Origin: an uncultured delta proteobacterium
GTDB lineage: Bacteria; Desulfobacterota; Zymogenia; Zymogenales; Zymogenaceae
Length of the DNA: 64,000 nt
Assembly: GCA_963792965.1 (NCBI GenBank)
Contig: CAWBYW010000030.1
Span: forward strand, 3,695 to 67,694
Direction of reading: 5' to 3'
The stretch's first letter is position 1, and every line of letters begins with the position of its first letter. The notes beneath the pieces were generated by a model. It was not told the origin of the DNA. It did no database searches and saw only the letters and a list, made by a program, of their open reading frames with translations. Both the position numbers and the translations under genes were made by a program. Of this stretch, positions 1-9,405 are shown piece by piece.

Positions 1-1178
1 TCTTTTATCAGGCGCCCCCGGTCATACGTTTCGTACGCGAAGGCGCGGGCGTCTCGGACGATCTTCTCGGCCGTCTCGTGATCGAGAAGGAGGCGCTCGA
101 GACCCCACGCCACGCCTTCGGCGTCGGACGGCGCCGCCATGATGCCCCTCGGGCACACCCGTGGGAGGTCTGTCCGGGGCCCACCGAGAAGATCAGGGAC
201 ACCGCCGACCGCGGTGGCGACCACCGGTTTACCTGTGGCCATCGCCTCGATGATGGTGACGGGTGTCCCCTCATTATCCGAGGTCAACGCGAGGGCATCG
301 AGCCCCGCGTAGACCTCCCCCATGTCTCGTCTCCAGCCCATGAATGATACCCTGTCGGCAATACCGAGCTCACGCGCAAAATCGGAAAGTTCCTCGCCGA
401 GCTCTCCGTCTCCGACCACCGCAAACCGCACGTGCGAACAATTCCTATCCGCCAACACCTGGGCCGCGGCCGAGAGGAAGAGGCGATGATTCTTAATGGC
501 CGTGAGCCTCCCGACGATCCCCACGAGTTTTTCGCCGTCGAGGCAGCCGGCATCCCTCCGGAAAATCCGTCCTCCATCCGGGGCATTCTCGATGAAGGAA
601 AAATCAAAGCCGAGCCGGATAACGACGACCTTCTTCTCGGGGACGACCCGATAGGTATCAACGATGTCCTCTTTCTGAAGGGGGCTGATCACGACCACTC
701 TTTCGCAGACGTAAGAGAGCGCCCGTTCAATATACGTAAAGACCCGGGTCTTGACCGGGCCGAAATAACCGTAAAAAATATGGCCGTGATACGTATGAAA
801 TATCTTAATCTTCTTATTCCGAAAAATCAAGGCAAACTTTAGGAGCGCCCCGGCGATCCTGCCGAGGGTTCCGGCTTTGGCGAGGTGGGTATGAATGATG
901 TCCGGCTGTTCCCGGAACATGAGCACGAGCAGCCGGCAGAAGGAGACGATGTCTCCGAAAACGGTGATCTCCCTGCCGAGCGTGGAAATAGAGACCGGTC
1001 TGACGCCCAGCTCCCGAGCCAGGTAACCCATGTCTCCCTCATCGTCTCCCACGACGCCCGTGACGAGGATATTTTCGAAGACGCCGGGGTCAAGCCATCG
1101 CGTCAACAGGAGAGCATGTATTGCGGGCCCCCCGACGTTGAGCCGGGTAATGATGCGCATGACCTTTATCTTTTTCAC
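1..1178 (-). CDS. Glycosyltransferase family 4 (GT-B fold); the 3' end runs off the window edge
   Basis: Manual minus-strand translation from GTG 1178 (or ATG 1160) gives VKKIKVMRIITRLNVGGPAIHA...GIVGRLTAIKNH...SDNEGTPVTIIEAMATGKPVVAT, a typical GT4 C-terminal signature. The GTGA start/stop overlaps the upstream asnB-like gene. It is absent from the ORF track because no stop codon lies inside the window. Confidence 0.8.
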   Translation of the reverse strand, partial: MKKIKVMRIITRLNVGGPAIHALLLTRWLDPGVFENILVTGVVGDDEGDMGYLARELGVRPVSISTLGREITVFGDIVSFCRLLVLMFREQPDIIHTHLAKAGTLGRIAGALLKFALIFRNKKIKIFHTYHGHIFYGYFGPVKTRVFTYIERALSYVCERVVVISPLQKEDIVDTYRVVPEKKVVVIRLGFDFSFIENAPDGGRIFRRDAGCLDGEKLVGIVGRLTAIKNHRLFLSAAAQVLADRNCSHVRFAVVGDGELGEELSDFARELGIADRVSFMGWRRDMGEVYAGLDALALTSDNEGTPVTIIEAMATGKPVVATAVGGVPDLLGGPRTDLPRVCPRGIMAAPSDAEGVAWGLERLLLDHETAEKIVRDARAFAYETYDRGRLIK

Positions 1179-3102
1179 GACGGCGCTCTCCTCTTTCTTT
1201 TCTCCTCCCACCACTGCAGGGCAAAGATATTCCACAACAGGAAAGTGAAATCATGCTCGTTTCGCTTGTGCATACGATAGATCTCTTGGACCCGCTCATA
1301 ACGGAAGACCCCGAGGGACTTCACCGCATCCGGCGTCACCACGTCAAAAAAGAGCGGAGCGAGTCCTCCCTTGAGCCATTCCCCGATAGGCATCTCGAAT
1401 CCTTTTTTCGACCGGCCGATTACCTTTTTTGGGAGGAGATCGACAAAAGCGTCCTCAAGGATCCTCTTCTTGCGCGTACCCGCGAGCTTATAGGCCCCGG
1501 GCATGCTGAAGGCAAGCTCTACGATGGAGGGCTCCAAAAAGGGGACCCGCACCTCAAGCGAGTTTTGCATGCTCATGAGGTCGACCTTCGTCAGCATGTC
1601 GCCGGGAAGGACGAGGTTGAGGTCCGTCCAGAGCATCCTGTTTTTCGTGTCGCCGTCAAACGAGCCGAAGAGGCCCTCGACGAGCCTCTGCGCGTCCCCC
1701 CGGCGAAAGCGGCCCCCCACACGGTCGGCCAAGAGCCTCTCGCCCTCCTCCCCCGATAGCACCGAGAGCCATCGGAAGTGCCGCTCATGCGGCAGAAGGC
1801 GCGTCTCCCTCGATGAATCTGCGGGCCTTTCGCGCCGCCTCCCCGAGCCGGCTCCCCTTGGACTGGGGCAGGGCGTAAAGCAGTGGCCGGACGAGCCCGT
1901 CGCGAAGAAAGGGGGGCATCAGCGCCCACCACCGATAGAGCTCTTCGCCGAGATATTTCCAGTAGCCCCCGAAGACCTCGTCGGCCCCGTCGCCGGAAAG
2001 AGCCACCGTAACCTTTTCTCGGGTCTTTTTTGCCACGAGGTAGCTCGGGACGACCGAAAAATCGGCGAAGGGCTCATCCAGACAGTCCATCACGGCCGGG
2101 ATCAGGTCCAGGAGATCGGTGCTCTTCAGGTCGTGGATCGTCGCGGTGACGCGCTCATTTTTTTCGACGACGGCCCGCGCATAGTCGGTCTCATCGAAAA
2201 GCCCGTCGGAGCCGAAACCGATCGTAAATGTCTTGATATCCCCCCCGAGCCGGTTCATGACCCCGGTGATAATGGAGGAGTCAAGCCCTCCGCTCAGAAA
2301 TGCGCCGAGGGGAACGTCCGAGACAAGCTCCCGCGCAACCGACGACTCGATTTGCTCCCTGAGCTCACGACGCGCCTGGTCGTAGTCAGGCGTTACCTTG
2401 TCTTTCGATTCTCTCGGCCAGATCGTAGTAACGCGACACCCTGATCCCGGAGGCGTCGACCCTCAATAGATGGCCGGGGGGAAGCTTCTTGATCCCCCGA
2501 TAGATCCCCGCGGGGGCCGGGATATAGCCGAGAGAGAGGTAGAGACACAGCCCCTCCTCGTCGATTTCTTGTGTGACCATCCCGGAGGCCAGGATCCCCT
2601 TGAGCTCGGAGGAAAAGATAAAGATGTCTCCGTCGTGATAGTAATGCAACGGCTTTATACCGAAGGGGTCCCGGGCGGCGAAAAGACAACGATTTTTTTC
2701 GTCCCAGATTGCGAACGCGAACATCCCGTTAAGGCGGTCAACGATTCCGTCTCCCCACTCGGAAAATCCCTTCAGGATTACCTCGGTGTCCGAGTGGGAA
2801 AAGAAAGTGTGGCCGCGCGACTGGAGCTCTTGTCGGATCTGGGCAAAATTGTAGATCTCGCCGTTGTAAACAATGACGAGCCTTCCATCCTCGGTCTCCA
2901 TCGGCTGATGGCCGGCGCCGCTCAGATCTATGATCGAGAGCCTCCGGTGCCCGAGGCCCACCGACGGACTGCCTCCCCTCGGGGAGAGATAGACTCCCTC
3001 GTCGTCAGGGCCGCGGTGCGCCATGGTATCTCTCATGGTCACCAGTCGCCCTTCTTCAACGGCGCGGCCGTCGGTCCGCACGATTCCCACGATGCCGCAC
3101 AT
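1175..3102 (-). pseudogene. asnB: Asparagine synthase (glutamine-hydrolysing) family amidotransferase, split over three reading frames by two frameshifts
   Basis: ORF 2386..3102 starts MCGIVGIV (Ntn glutamine amidotransferase). The 1785..2258 frame carries the PP-loop region (LGAFLSGGLDSS upstream of the listed Met). ORF 1175..1762 is the synthetase C-terminus. Manual reading shows continuity ERQGN|PDYDQARRELREQIESS near 2386-2395 and FIEGDAP|LLPHERHFRWLSVLSGEE near 1785-1805. Confidence 0.85.
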
Positions 3103-4745
3103 TAGTGCCCCTTCCCTCCCCAGAGCTCATCAAAAAGCGCCCTCGCGTCCTCGACCACGTCGCCGGCCGGGCCCACGTAAAGGATATCCTTGTCCCTCAC
3201 CATCTGTTCGACGCGTCGCCAAACAACGTCTTTCCCCTCGGGCCCTCCCAGGGCGTTGCCGTATGCCTCGCAGAAAGCGCGCCGTGCCGCCGCGCCTACG
3301 GCCCCGGGGGTGGAGAGAAAGATCTGGGCCAGGTTCTTCGCCCTCCTCCTGGCCGAGACCTCGTGGCCGAACGAGACGCTGTCCAGGTCGAGGAGCGAAA
3401 AGACGAAATCCGACCCATTCCTCTGTACGGCGATGTTGGTCCCTTTCAGGTCCCGGTGGTAGACGCCGGCCCGGTGAAGGCGGCCGACGAACGTGCCGAG
3501 CGCACCGGCAAACGAGGCGATCGTCCGCGCGTTGCCCGCGAGCTCTTTCAGGATGAAACGATCCATCTCGAGGTCCGGGCGAATCGACGCGGACATAAGA
3601 TAGATCGCCCGCGGGACGAAAAAGCGCCGGGCAACCACCAGGCACAGCTGCCGCGGGGTCTCAAATCCCCTCAGATTCAGCGCGCGTGCCGAGCGCCAGC
3701 TGACGTGCCCCCGTGATGAACGCAGCATCGCCCTGATCTTTTCCGAGAGCGTCAGGCCAAGGTACGCCTTGACGCAGATTTCCTTCGGGCCCGACCGAAG
3801 AAGGGCGATCGTCGCTTTCCTGTCCCGTTTGATCACCTTCCCGGAGCCCTGGGCAAAATCACGAAGGATCCGCTCGACCTCATCGATCTTGATCACGCGC
3901 GCCGCGTAGATGACCCCGTCGCGGCGTCTGGTCACGGTGAACTCAGTCGAGTTCTTAAAGCATCGCCGGGTGCGGCTGGCCAGCCTCACTTCCTCGATTC
4001 TTTTGATTCGGTTATCTATGTGACGCCGGGCATCGCTGATCTCCCAGCGCGCGTCCGGGTTTTCGGCCTTATAGCGTGAGAGGAAGAAGTCGATGTCCCC
4101 ATCGCCGAGCGAGGGGAGCAGTGAATGGAGGAGATCGGCGATGTTTCCTATCCCCCTTTTTGCGGACATGTCGCGGGGAAACGTGGAGCGGTGCAGGTCG
4201 ATAACCCACGGCACGGAGCCGCCGCCGTCGCGGCGGGCCGTCAGAAGATTGCCCGCGTGATAATCGCGGTGGTGAAAGCGGGCCCGGTGCAGTCGCGCGG
4301 TGACGGCGGCCAGAGACGAGAGGTATCTCTCCTTTTGATTCGGGGCCGCCTTCAGAAAGAGGTCCCACATAACAGCGGCGCCCCGGACCGCCCGAAAGAT
4401 GATAACCGCGCGGTCCTTACAGGGATGTCCGCTACCCACCGCTATGACCTCGGGGGTCCTGATCCCCTTCCCGTCGAGATAGCGGGAGGCGAGGAATTCC
4501 TTTTGGGCGACATGGCCTAACAACAGCGACTTGAGCGTCCGGCCGAGTCCCCCATCCTTGAAGACCTTCACGAAATAGGTCTCATCTCCTACCCGATAGA
4601 GCCCCCTGATCCTCACTCGGTTTTCGCTGACGCCGGTAAGAACTCCCCCCTTTTCGAAGTCCACCGTGAGGAGGTCTTGGGCGCCCTCTCGGTATATCCA
4701 GTCGATTGCAGCTATCCGTTTTTTCTGGTAGTGTCCTCTCTCCAT
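3102..4745 (-). CDS. Fused double lipopolysaccharide kinase (Kdo/WaaP family, two kinase halves in one 547-aa protein)
   Basis: The N half has HHRDYHAGNLL ... VIDLHR. The C half has VYHRDLKGTNIAV ... LLDLDS. Both therefore keep the catalytic-loop and metal-binding motifs of WaaP/Kdo kinases. A TAATG stop/start overlap joins it to the asnB-like gene. Confidence 0.75.
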   Translation of the reverse strand: MERGHYQKKRIAAIDWIYREGAQDLLTVDFEKGGVLTGVSENRVRIRGLYRVGDETYFVKVFKDGGLGRTLKSLLLGHVAQKEFLASRYLDGKGIRTPEVIAVGSGHPCKDRAVIIFRAVRGAAVMWDLFLKAAPNQKERYLSSLAAVTARLHRARFHHRDYHAGNLLTARRDGGGSVPWVIDLHRSTFPRDMSAKRGIGNIADLLHSLLPSLGDGDIDFFLSRYKAENPDARWEISDARRHIDNRIKRIEEVRLASRTRRCFKNSTEFTVTRRRDGVIYAARVIKIDEVERILRDFAQGSGKVIKRDRKATIALLRSGPKEICVKAYLGLTLSEKIRAMLRSSRGHVSWRSARALNLRGFETPRQLCLVVARRFFVPRAIYLMSASIRPDLEMDRFILKELAGNARTIASFAGALGTFVGRLHRAGVYHRDLKGTNIAVQRNGSDFVFSLLDLDSVSFGHEVSARRRAKNLAQIFLSTPGAVGAAARRAFCEAYGNALGGPEGKDVVWRRVEQMVRDKDILYVGPAGDVVEDARALFDELWGGKGH

Positions 4746-4817
4746 AGTATCTTGGGTAGTCCCCTATTGGTGAAGAGCCCTGATCGGCTCACGAGCAAAG
4801 CCTGGACGATTCGCGTC

Positions 4818-5900
4818 TCACTTCCTCGTGGGCGACAGCACGACTTCATCGATGACCGTGCCCCGGTCGTCCAGCGCCCTCACCGTGTCGCGCCCGCCTC
4901 CTATGTCCATGATCAAGAACTCATGCGTCTCTTTCCAGAGCTCCTTTTTCCCTACCAGCCATGCATACGGGCTCCTCTGGTTGACCGGGTAGACCTTTCC
5001 CCCGCCTCCCCCGGAGATGAAAAAGGGGAATCCCCAGTGTGTCCTTCCGCGCATATAGTGATGGTCGTGCCCCGAGAATATGGCCGAAACACCGGCCCTG
5101 CCCATGAGGGGCAGCAGCGGCTTCAACCCGATGAAGCCCCTCCTCAGACCCTTATAGCTTACCGGCCCGAGGTGCGCGAAGACGAAGACGTGGCGTATAT
5201 CGTTTCTCGCCAGGAGGCCTCTCAAAGTCCTGATGAGCCAGAAGCCGTGGTGAAAAAAGAGCATGTCGTTTCGTGAATCAAGGAAGATAAAATAATCTGA
5301 GGTGACCTGGGCCGTAAAGTAATAGAATCCCTCGGGCGTGCCGTTGTGCCTCCCCACGTAGCGGTCAAAGAGTGCCGTGCCGTGCTTGGCGTCATGATTG
5401 CCGATGATCGACAGGAATGGGACGTGATCCAACAGCATCCCGGCCATCTCGAAGAAAGAGAGCCAGCACTCCTTGTTTCTGCCTGACGACACCAGATCGC
5501 CGAGGATCACGATGAAGTCCGGCCGCTGATTATCGATGTGAGATACGAGCTTCTTAAAACCCTCGGCGGGCGCATGGAGATCGCCGATGATGGCCACCCG
5601 ATACGGTCCCTTTTCGGGCAGCGTTCGAAAGGTGCCCCGAAACGTTACCCGGCCCTCCGAAATCACCGAATAGTCGTAGACGCTGCCGGGGGTAAGCTCC
5701 CCGAGAGTAATCCGGTGTAGACAATCCCGTGCCCGGTCACTGGCGGTGACCTTACTCTTCCCCCGCTGTGCATACGTGATGGCGCCCGCAGACTCCCGCT
5801 CGGTTTCCCACAGGACGGTCATGGTGTCCGCGCCGGGGCGCGTCAGGACCGGGCCGATGATAAGCGGATTATCTCTTATGTCGCCTCTCGCTTTCGCCAC
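4818..5900 (-). CDS. Calcineurin-like metallophosphoesterase with a purple-acid-phosphatase-type N-terminal domain (no signal peptide)
   Basis: 360-aa ORF with motifs GDLHAP, GDLVSSG, GNHD and GHDHHY. The N-terminal beta domain reads GPVLTRPGADTMTVLWETE. Confidence 0.8.
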   Translation of the reverse strand: MAKARGDIRDNPLIIGPVLTRPGADTMTVLWETERESAGAITYAQRGKSKVTASDRARDCLHRITLGELTPGSVYDYSVISEGRVTFRGTFRTLPEKGPYRVAIIGDLHAPAEGFKKLVSHIDNQRPDFIVILGDLVSSGRNKECWLSFFEMAGMLLDHVPFLSIIGNHDAKHGTALFDRYVGRHNGTPEGFYYFTAQVTSDYFIFLDSRNDMLFFHHGFWLIRTLRGLLARNDIRHVFVFAHLGPVSYKGLRRGFIGLKPLLPLMGRAGVSAIFSGHDHHYMRGRTHWGFPFFISGGGGGKVYPVNQRSPYAWLVGKKELWKETHEFLIMDIGGGRDTVRALDDRGTVIDEVVLSPTRK

Positions 5901-5949
5901 GGCGTTCAGCTCTCCCGTCTCACCCGAGAAGTATATCCTAATTCCACGA

Positions 5950-7092
5950 TTATTTCCCGTCTTTTATGACGGCCCTGTCGAAGACTGTTCCTTCCTCGTC
6001 CACGGCCGAAAACGTGCACGTGTTACCGTTAACATCCATGATCAGAAAGTGATGTATTTTTTCTCCGAACTGCTTTTTCCCGATCAGCACCGCGTAGGGG
6101 TTATACTCGTTAATGTCATACAACGACGAGCCCCCTCCTCCCGTCACAAAGAACGGGACGCCGCTGTACGTTTTCCCCCGGATATACTGGTGATCATGGC
6201 CGGAGATGATGGCCGTCACCCCGTATCTCCCCATGATCCCCGTGAAAGGCTTCAATCCTGAGTAGCCCCTCCGGAATCTCCAGTAGCTTGTTACGCCTTC
6301 GTGGGACAACACGAAGATATGGCGTGTGTTTGTGCGCGTGGAGGCGTCTTTCAGCCTTCGTGCGAGGCTGATGCCCTCCGTGAACAGGAAGAAGGGGCGC
6401 CGGGAGTAGATATCGAGGAAAAGATAGAGGTCGCCGGAGATCGTGTCGGCAAACGTCAGTGAATCCGGCGAGGTGCCCTCGGGACGGATAAACAGGCGCC
6501 GGAACATCGTCAGATGCGGATCGTACTCGACGTCATGATTGCCCGGAACGCCGAAGATCGGTATATGGTCAAAGACCTTCTTGCCGGGATCAAATATCTG
6601 CTCCTTCCAGTCCCCGGCCCGATTGGCCTTCCCGACGAAATCGCCTAAGAGGACGATGAATTGCGGATGAAAGGTATCCATGAGGGTAAAAAGCCTGGCC
6701 GTGACCCCATCGTTGCCCCTCATGTCGCCCATGAAGATGACGCGGTAGGGGCCCTTTGCGGGAAGGGTGGTAAACCACGCTCGATACGCCTTTTCACCGC
6801 CGACCGTCACCGTATAATCGTATCTGGTGTCGGTCGAAAGGCCCGTGAGCCTCGCCTCGTGGTGCGTCTGGATCCCCGGCGACGGGACTTCGATCTCCTT
6901 CTCCGCCGGACCAGTAAGGATCACGGAGCCGCTGCTTGCCGAATCCGTCTCCCACATAACGGTCATGGTGTCGGTGCCGGGAAGCTCGAGGACCGGGCCG
7001 ATGGCAAGCTCGGCGCCGACCGCCGAAGCCGCTGACATCAGGCCGATGGCGACCAGCACCACTATCGTAGGCCATCCCTTTGTTATCATCAC
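5950..7092 (-). CDS. Exported calcineurin-like metallophosphoesterase, paralog of 4818..5900
   Basis: 380-aa ORF with signal peptide IVVLVAIGLMSAASAVGA. Motifs are GDMRGN, GDFVGK, GNHD and GHDHQY, with N-terminal TMTVMWETD. The start (GTG 7092 or ATG 7089) overlaps the stop of the upstream GT gene. Confidence 0.8.
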   Translation of the reverse strand: MMITKGWPTIVVLVAIGLMSAASAVGAELAIGPVLELPGTDTMTVMWETDSASSGSVILTGPAEKEIEVPSPGIQTHHEARLTGLSTDTRYDYTVTVGGEKAYRAWFTTLPAKGPYRVIFMGDMRGNDGVTARLFTLMDTFHPQFIVLLGDFVGKANRAGDWKEQIFDPGKKVFDHIPIFGVPGNHDVEYDPHLTMFRRLFIRPEGTSPDSLTFADTISGDLYLFLDIYSRRPFFLFTEGISLARRLKDASTRTNTRHIFVLSHEGVTSYWRFRRGYSGLKPFTGIMGRYGVTAIISGHDHQYIRGKTYSGVPFFVTGGGGSSLYDINEYNPYAVLIGKKQFGEKIHHFLIMDVNGNTCTFSAVDEEGTVFDRAVIKDGK

Positions 7093-8132
7093 GTGCTCCT
7101 CTCTCTCTTCTCGACGCCCCTGAGGATATCGAGATACCGGGGCGCAGTGGTCTGAAGGGAGAAATTCTCTTCGACCAGGCGTCTCCCTGCAAGCCCCATC
7201 TTCCTACACAGCTCCCTGTTTGCCGCCAGTTTCTCGAGCTGTTCGGCCCATTCGTCGATCGACTCGGCCCAGAGCCCGGTCTGCCCGGGTGTGACCAGGT
7301 CCCGGTTGATCCCCACCGGGCTCACGAGCGCCGGAACTCCCGCGGCCAGATATTGCACGACCTTCAGCCCGCACTTGCCCCTCGCGAAGGGATCGTCTGA
7401 GATCGGCATGACTCCCACGTCGAAGCTCATGAGATCTTCCGAAACGTCCTGGGGCCGCCACGGCTTCTTGATGACGTCGACGCCATCCACATCGAAGAAT
7501 CGATTGCAGACGATCTTAAGCTTGAGATTCTTTATGCGCCCTGCGGCCTTCGCAACGGCGGGCGCGATCGCCTCGAGATAGGGGAGGTTTGCCGCGCTGC
7601 CGATCCATCCAACCACGAAGTCGGTGCTCGTCTCTGAATAATCTTTGACACCGTATTCATCGACATCCACGATCGTGGGCACGATGAATATCCGGTCGCG
7701 GGAGGTATAGCGCGCCGCCTGATCGGCGAGATAGGAATTGCCCGCGGTGACGGCGTCGGCCGTTTTCATCATGTGGGCAAACCGCCGCATCCGCTGCCAC
7801 GAGGCCTGATTCTTGTGCCGCGATGAGCGGTACATGATGGCGTCGTCGAAATCAAAGACGATGCGTCTTGCGTGTCTCCTCACAAAGAAGAGGTCAAGGG
7901 AGGTGAGGAGTTTTCGCTGAACGATCACGACGTCAAACTCGGCAAGCCGCCTGAAGATGCCCAGGCGCGCAAATAATCCCGCCGGTACTTTGAGGAGCGT
8001 TACATCCACGCCGTTTCTTTCGAAGAAGGGGATGAATTCCTTTACCCGAAACCTCCCCTCATACCCTTTATGCATCAAGTAGGCGAGCTTCTTCATTGCC
8101 GCACCGTGTCGATCGAGTATTTCACGGAACAC
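7089..8132 (-). CDS. Glycosyltransferase (GT-B fold, group 1-like)
   Basis: 347-aa ORF whose C-terminal half is typical of GT-B sugar transferases (VVGWIGSAANLPYL, KVVQYLAAGVPALVSPVG). The probable true start is MKKLAYLMHKG at 8096. Confidence 0.65.
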   Translation of the reverse strand: MFREILDRHGAAMKKLAYLMHKGYEGRFRVKEFIPFFERNGVDVTLLKVPAGLFARLGIFRRLAEFDVVIVQRKLLTSLDLFFVRRHARRIVFDFDDAIMYRSSRHKNQASWQRMRRFAHMMKTADAVTAGNSYLADQAARYTSRDRIFIVPTIVDVDEYGVKDYSETSTDFVVGWIGSAANLPYLEAIAPAVAKAAGRIKNLKLKIVCNRFFDVDGVDVIKKPWRPQDVSEDLMSFDVGVMPISDDPFARGKCGLKVVQYLAAGVPALVSPVGINRDLVTPGQTGLWAESIDEWAEQLEKLAANRELCRKMGLAGRRLVEENFSLQTTAPRYLDILRGVEKRERST

Positions 8133-8238
8133 GGACCAATCGTGCCGCGGGCCCCGGCTTCGTGCCGGCGGCCGGGTTTTTCCTCCGCGCCCGTATGTGG
8201 GCCGCTGTATGTCAAAACAGACGTCAAGAATGACCGGC

Positions 8239-9405
8239 TCATTTTCCTTCTCCCTCGATAAGTGACCGATAGAATCGCTCTATCGTCTCGGCCTGTCTGT
8301 GCGCGTCGAACCGTGCCACTGCGGCGCGGTGGGCCCCCTCCCCGAGCCTCTTCCTCTCACGTTCGTCGCCCAGCAATCGACCCAGGGCCAAACCGATCTC
8401 TCGTCGGCTTGGCGCCACCACAAGGCCGGACACGTCGTGCCGTACGATCTCGGGAATCATGCCGATATTCGTCGCGACCACCGGCAGGCCGAGCGCCATC
8501 GCCTCCCGAAGCGCCCGCGCCGTACCGTCGGAGCCGGGGACCATGAAGACGAATATATCCATGGACAAGAGCGTATCCCGGTAATCACTCCGAATGTACC
8601 CCGGCGCGATAACCCGATCGGCGATCCCGAGCTCCCGGGCGGGCCGATGGACACTCTGCTCCATCTGTGAGCTCCTTCCCAGCAAGAGGAGTCGGGCAGT
8701 TGGGTATTTTTCGGCGATGTCGGCCAGGGCGCCGATCACAAGATCGGTCTTCCGATACTTCTGAAAACGGGCAACCATCCCGATGACGAGGGCGTCACGA
8801 TCGATGCCGAAGGCCTTGCGCATGTTCTTTTCGGGGCGGCCCGGACGCCACCGATCGAGGTCGAGGGCGGGATCGACGACAAGAAGTCTCTGTTTCGGAA
8901 ACGAAAAGTCCTCCGCAATCCGCGCGCCCGCCCGAGCCGAAAAAGTGATCAGGCCGTCCGTCCACCGCCTGAGGAGGAAACGGTTGGCCATCCCGGCCGG
9001 AATCGATTCCCGTTTGTGGTCGGTCCTGACAAGCACGGGCCTTTTGGCCGCGTGGCCGATAGTAAGCCCCGCCACAATATGGTCGTGATCGGAGTGGGCG
9101 TTAACGACGTCGGGCTCAAACTCGTCGACAAGCGCCCGCAGCCCTCGCCTGTCCCGGAGGATTGCGGGGATGCCGAAGAGGTTGTCGGGCTTAGTCCTCT
9201 TATCCCATGCCAGGCTCGTGTCGACACGCACCCCACGCTCGAGCGCGAAGCGAACGATGTTCTCGGCCTCCTCGCTATCTTCCGGAGGCGCCTTTACCGC
9301 CACGATCACCTCGTGGCCACGGTCGCTGAGCGCGCGGGCGAGAATCAGGATCGGTTCTGCGGGCCCCGTCCATTTCCAGTCCGCCAGCAGATGGACTATT
9401 TTCAC
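8239..9405 (-). CDS. Glycosyltransferase family 4
   Basis: 388-aa ORF starting MKIVHLLADWKWTGPAEP, with C-terminal ALREAMALGLPVVATNIGMIPEIV. An ATGA overlap joins it to the upstream DegT gene. Confidence 0.8.
   Translation of the reverse strand: MKIVHLLADWKWTGPAEPILILARALSDRGHEVIVAVKAPPEDSEEAENIVRFALERGVRVDTSLAWDKRTKPDNLFGIPAILRDRRGLRALVDEFEPDVVNAHSDHDHIVAGLTIGHAAKRPVLVRTDHKRESIPAGMANRFLLRRWTDGLITFSARAGARIAEDFSFPKQRLLVVDPALDLDRWRPGRPEKNMRKAFGIDRDALVIGMVARFQKYRKTDLVIGALADIAEKYPTARLLLLGRSSQMEQSVHRPARELGIADRVIAPGYIRSDYRDTLLSMDIFVFMVPGSDGTARALREAMALGLPVVATNIGMIPEIVRHDVSGLVVAPSRREIGLALGRLLGDERERKRLGEGAHRAAVARFDAHRQAETIERFYRSLIEGEGK

Noticed and set aside
3023-3716. Several Arg/Pro-rich ORFs (for example 3023..3556 +, 3105..3716 + and 3130..3645 -) overlapping the double-kinase gene.
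   Set aside because: They are alternative or antisense frames of a gene with clear kinase motifs. Their extreme Arg/Pro content is a GC-composition artefact.
8153-8181. Plus-strand hairpin CCCGGC-N12-GCCGGG followed by T5, resembling an intrinsic terminator.
   Set aside because: All neighbouring genes are on the minus strand, so there is no plus-strand transcript to terminate. At most it is an antisense insulator, which is not supportable from sequence alone.
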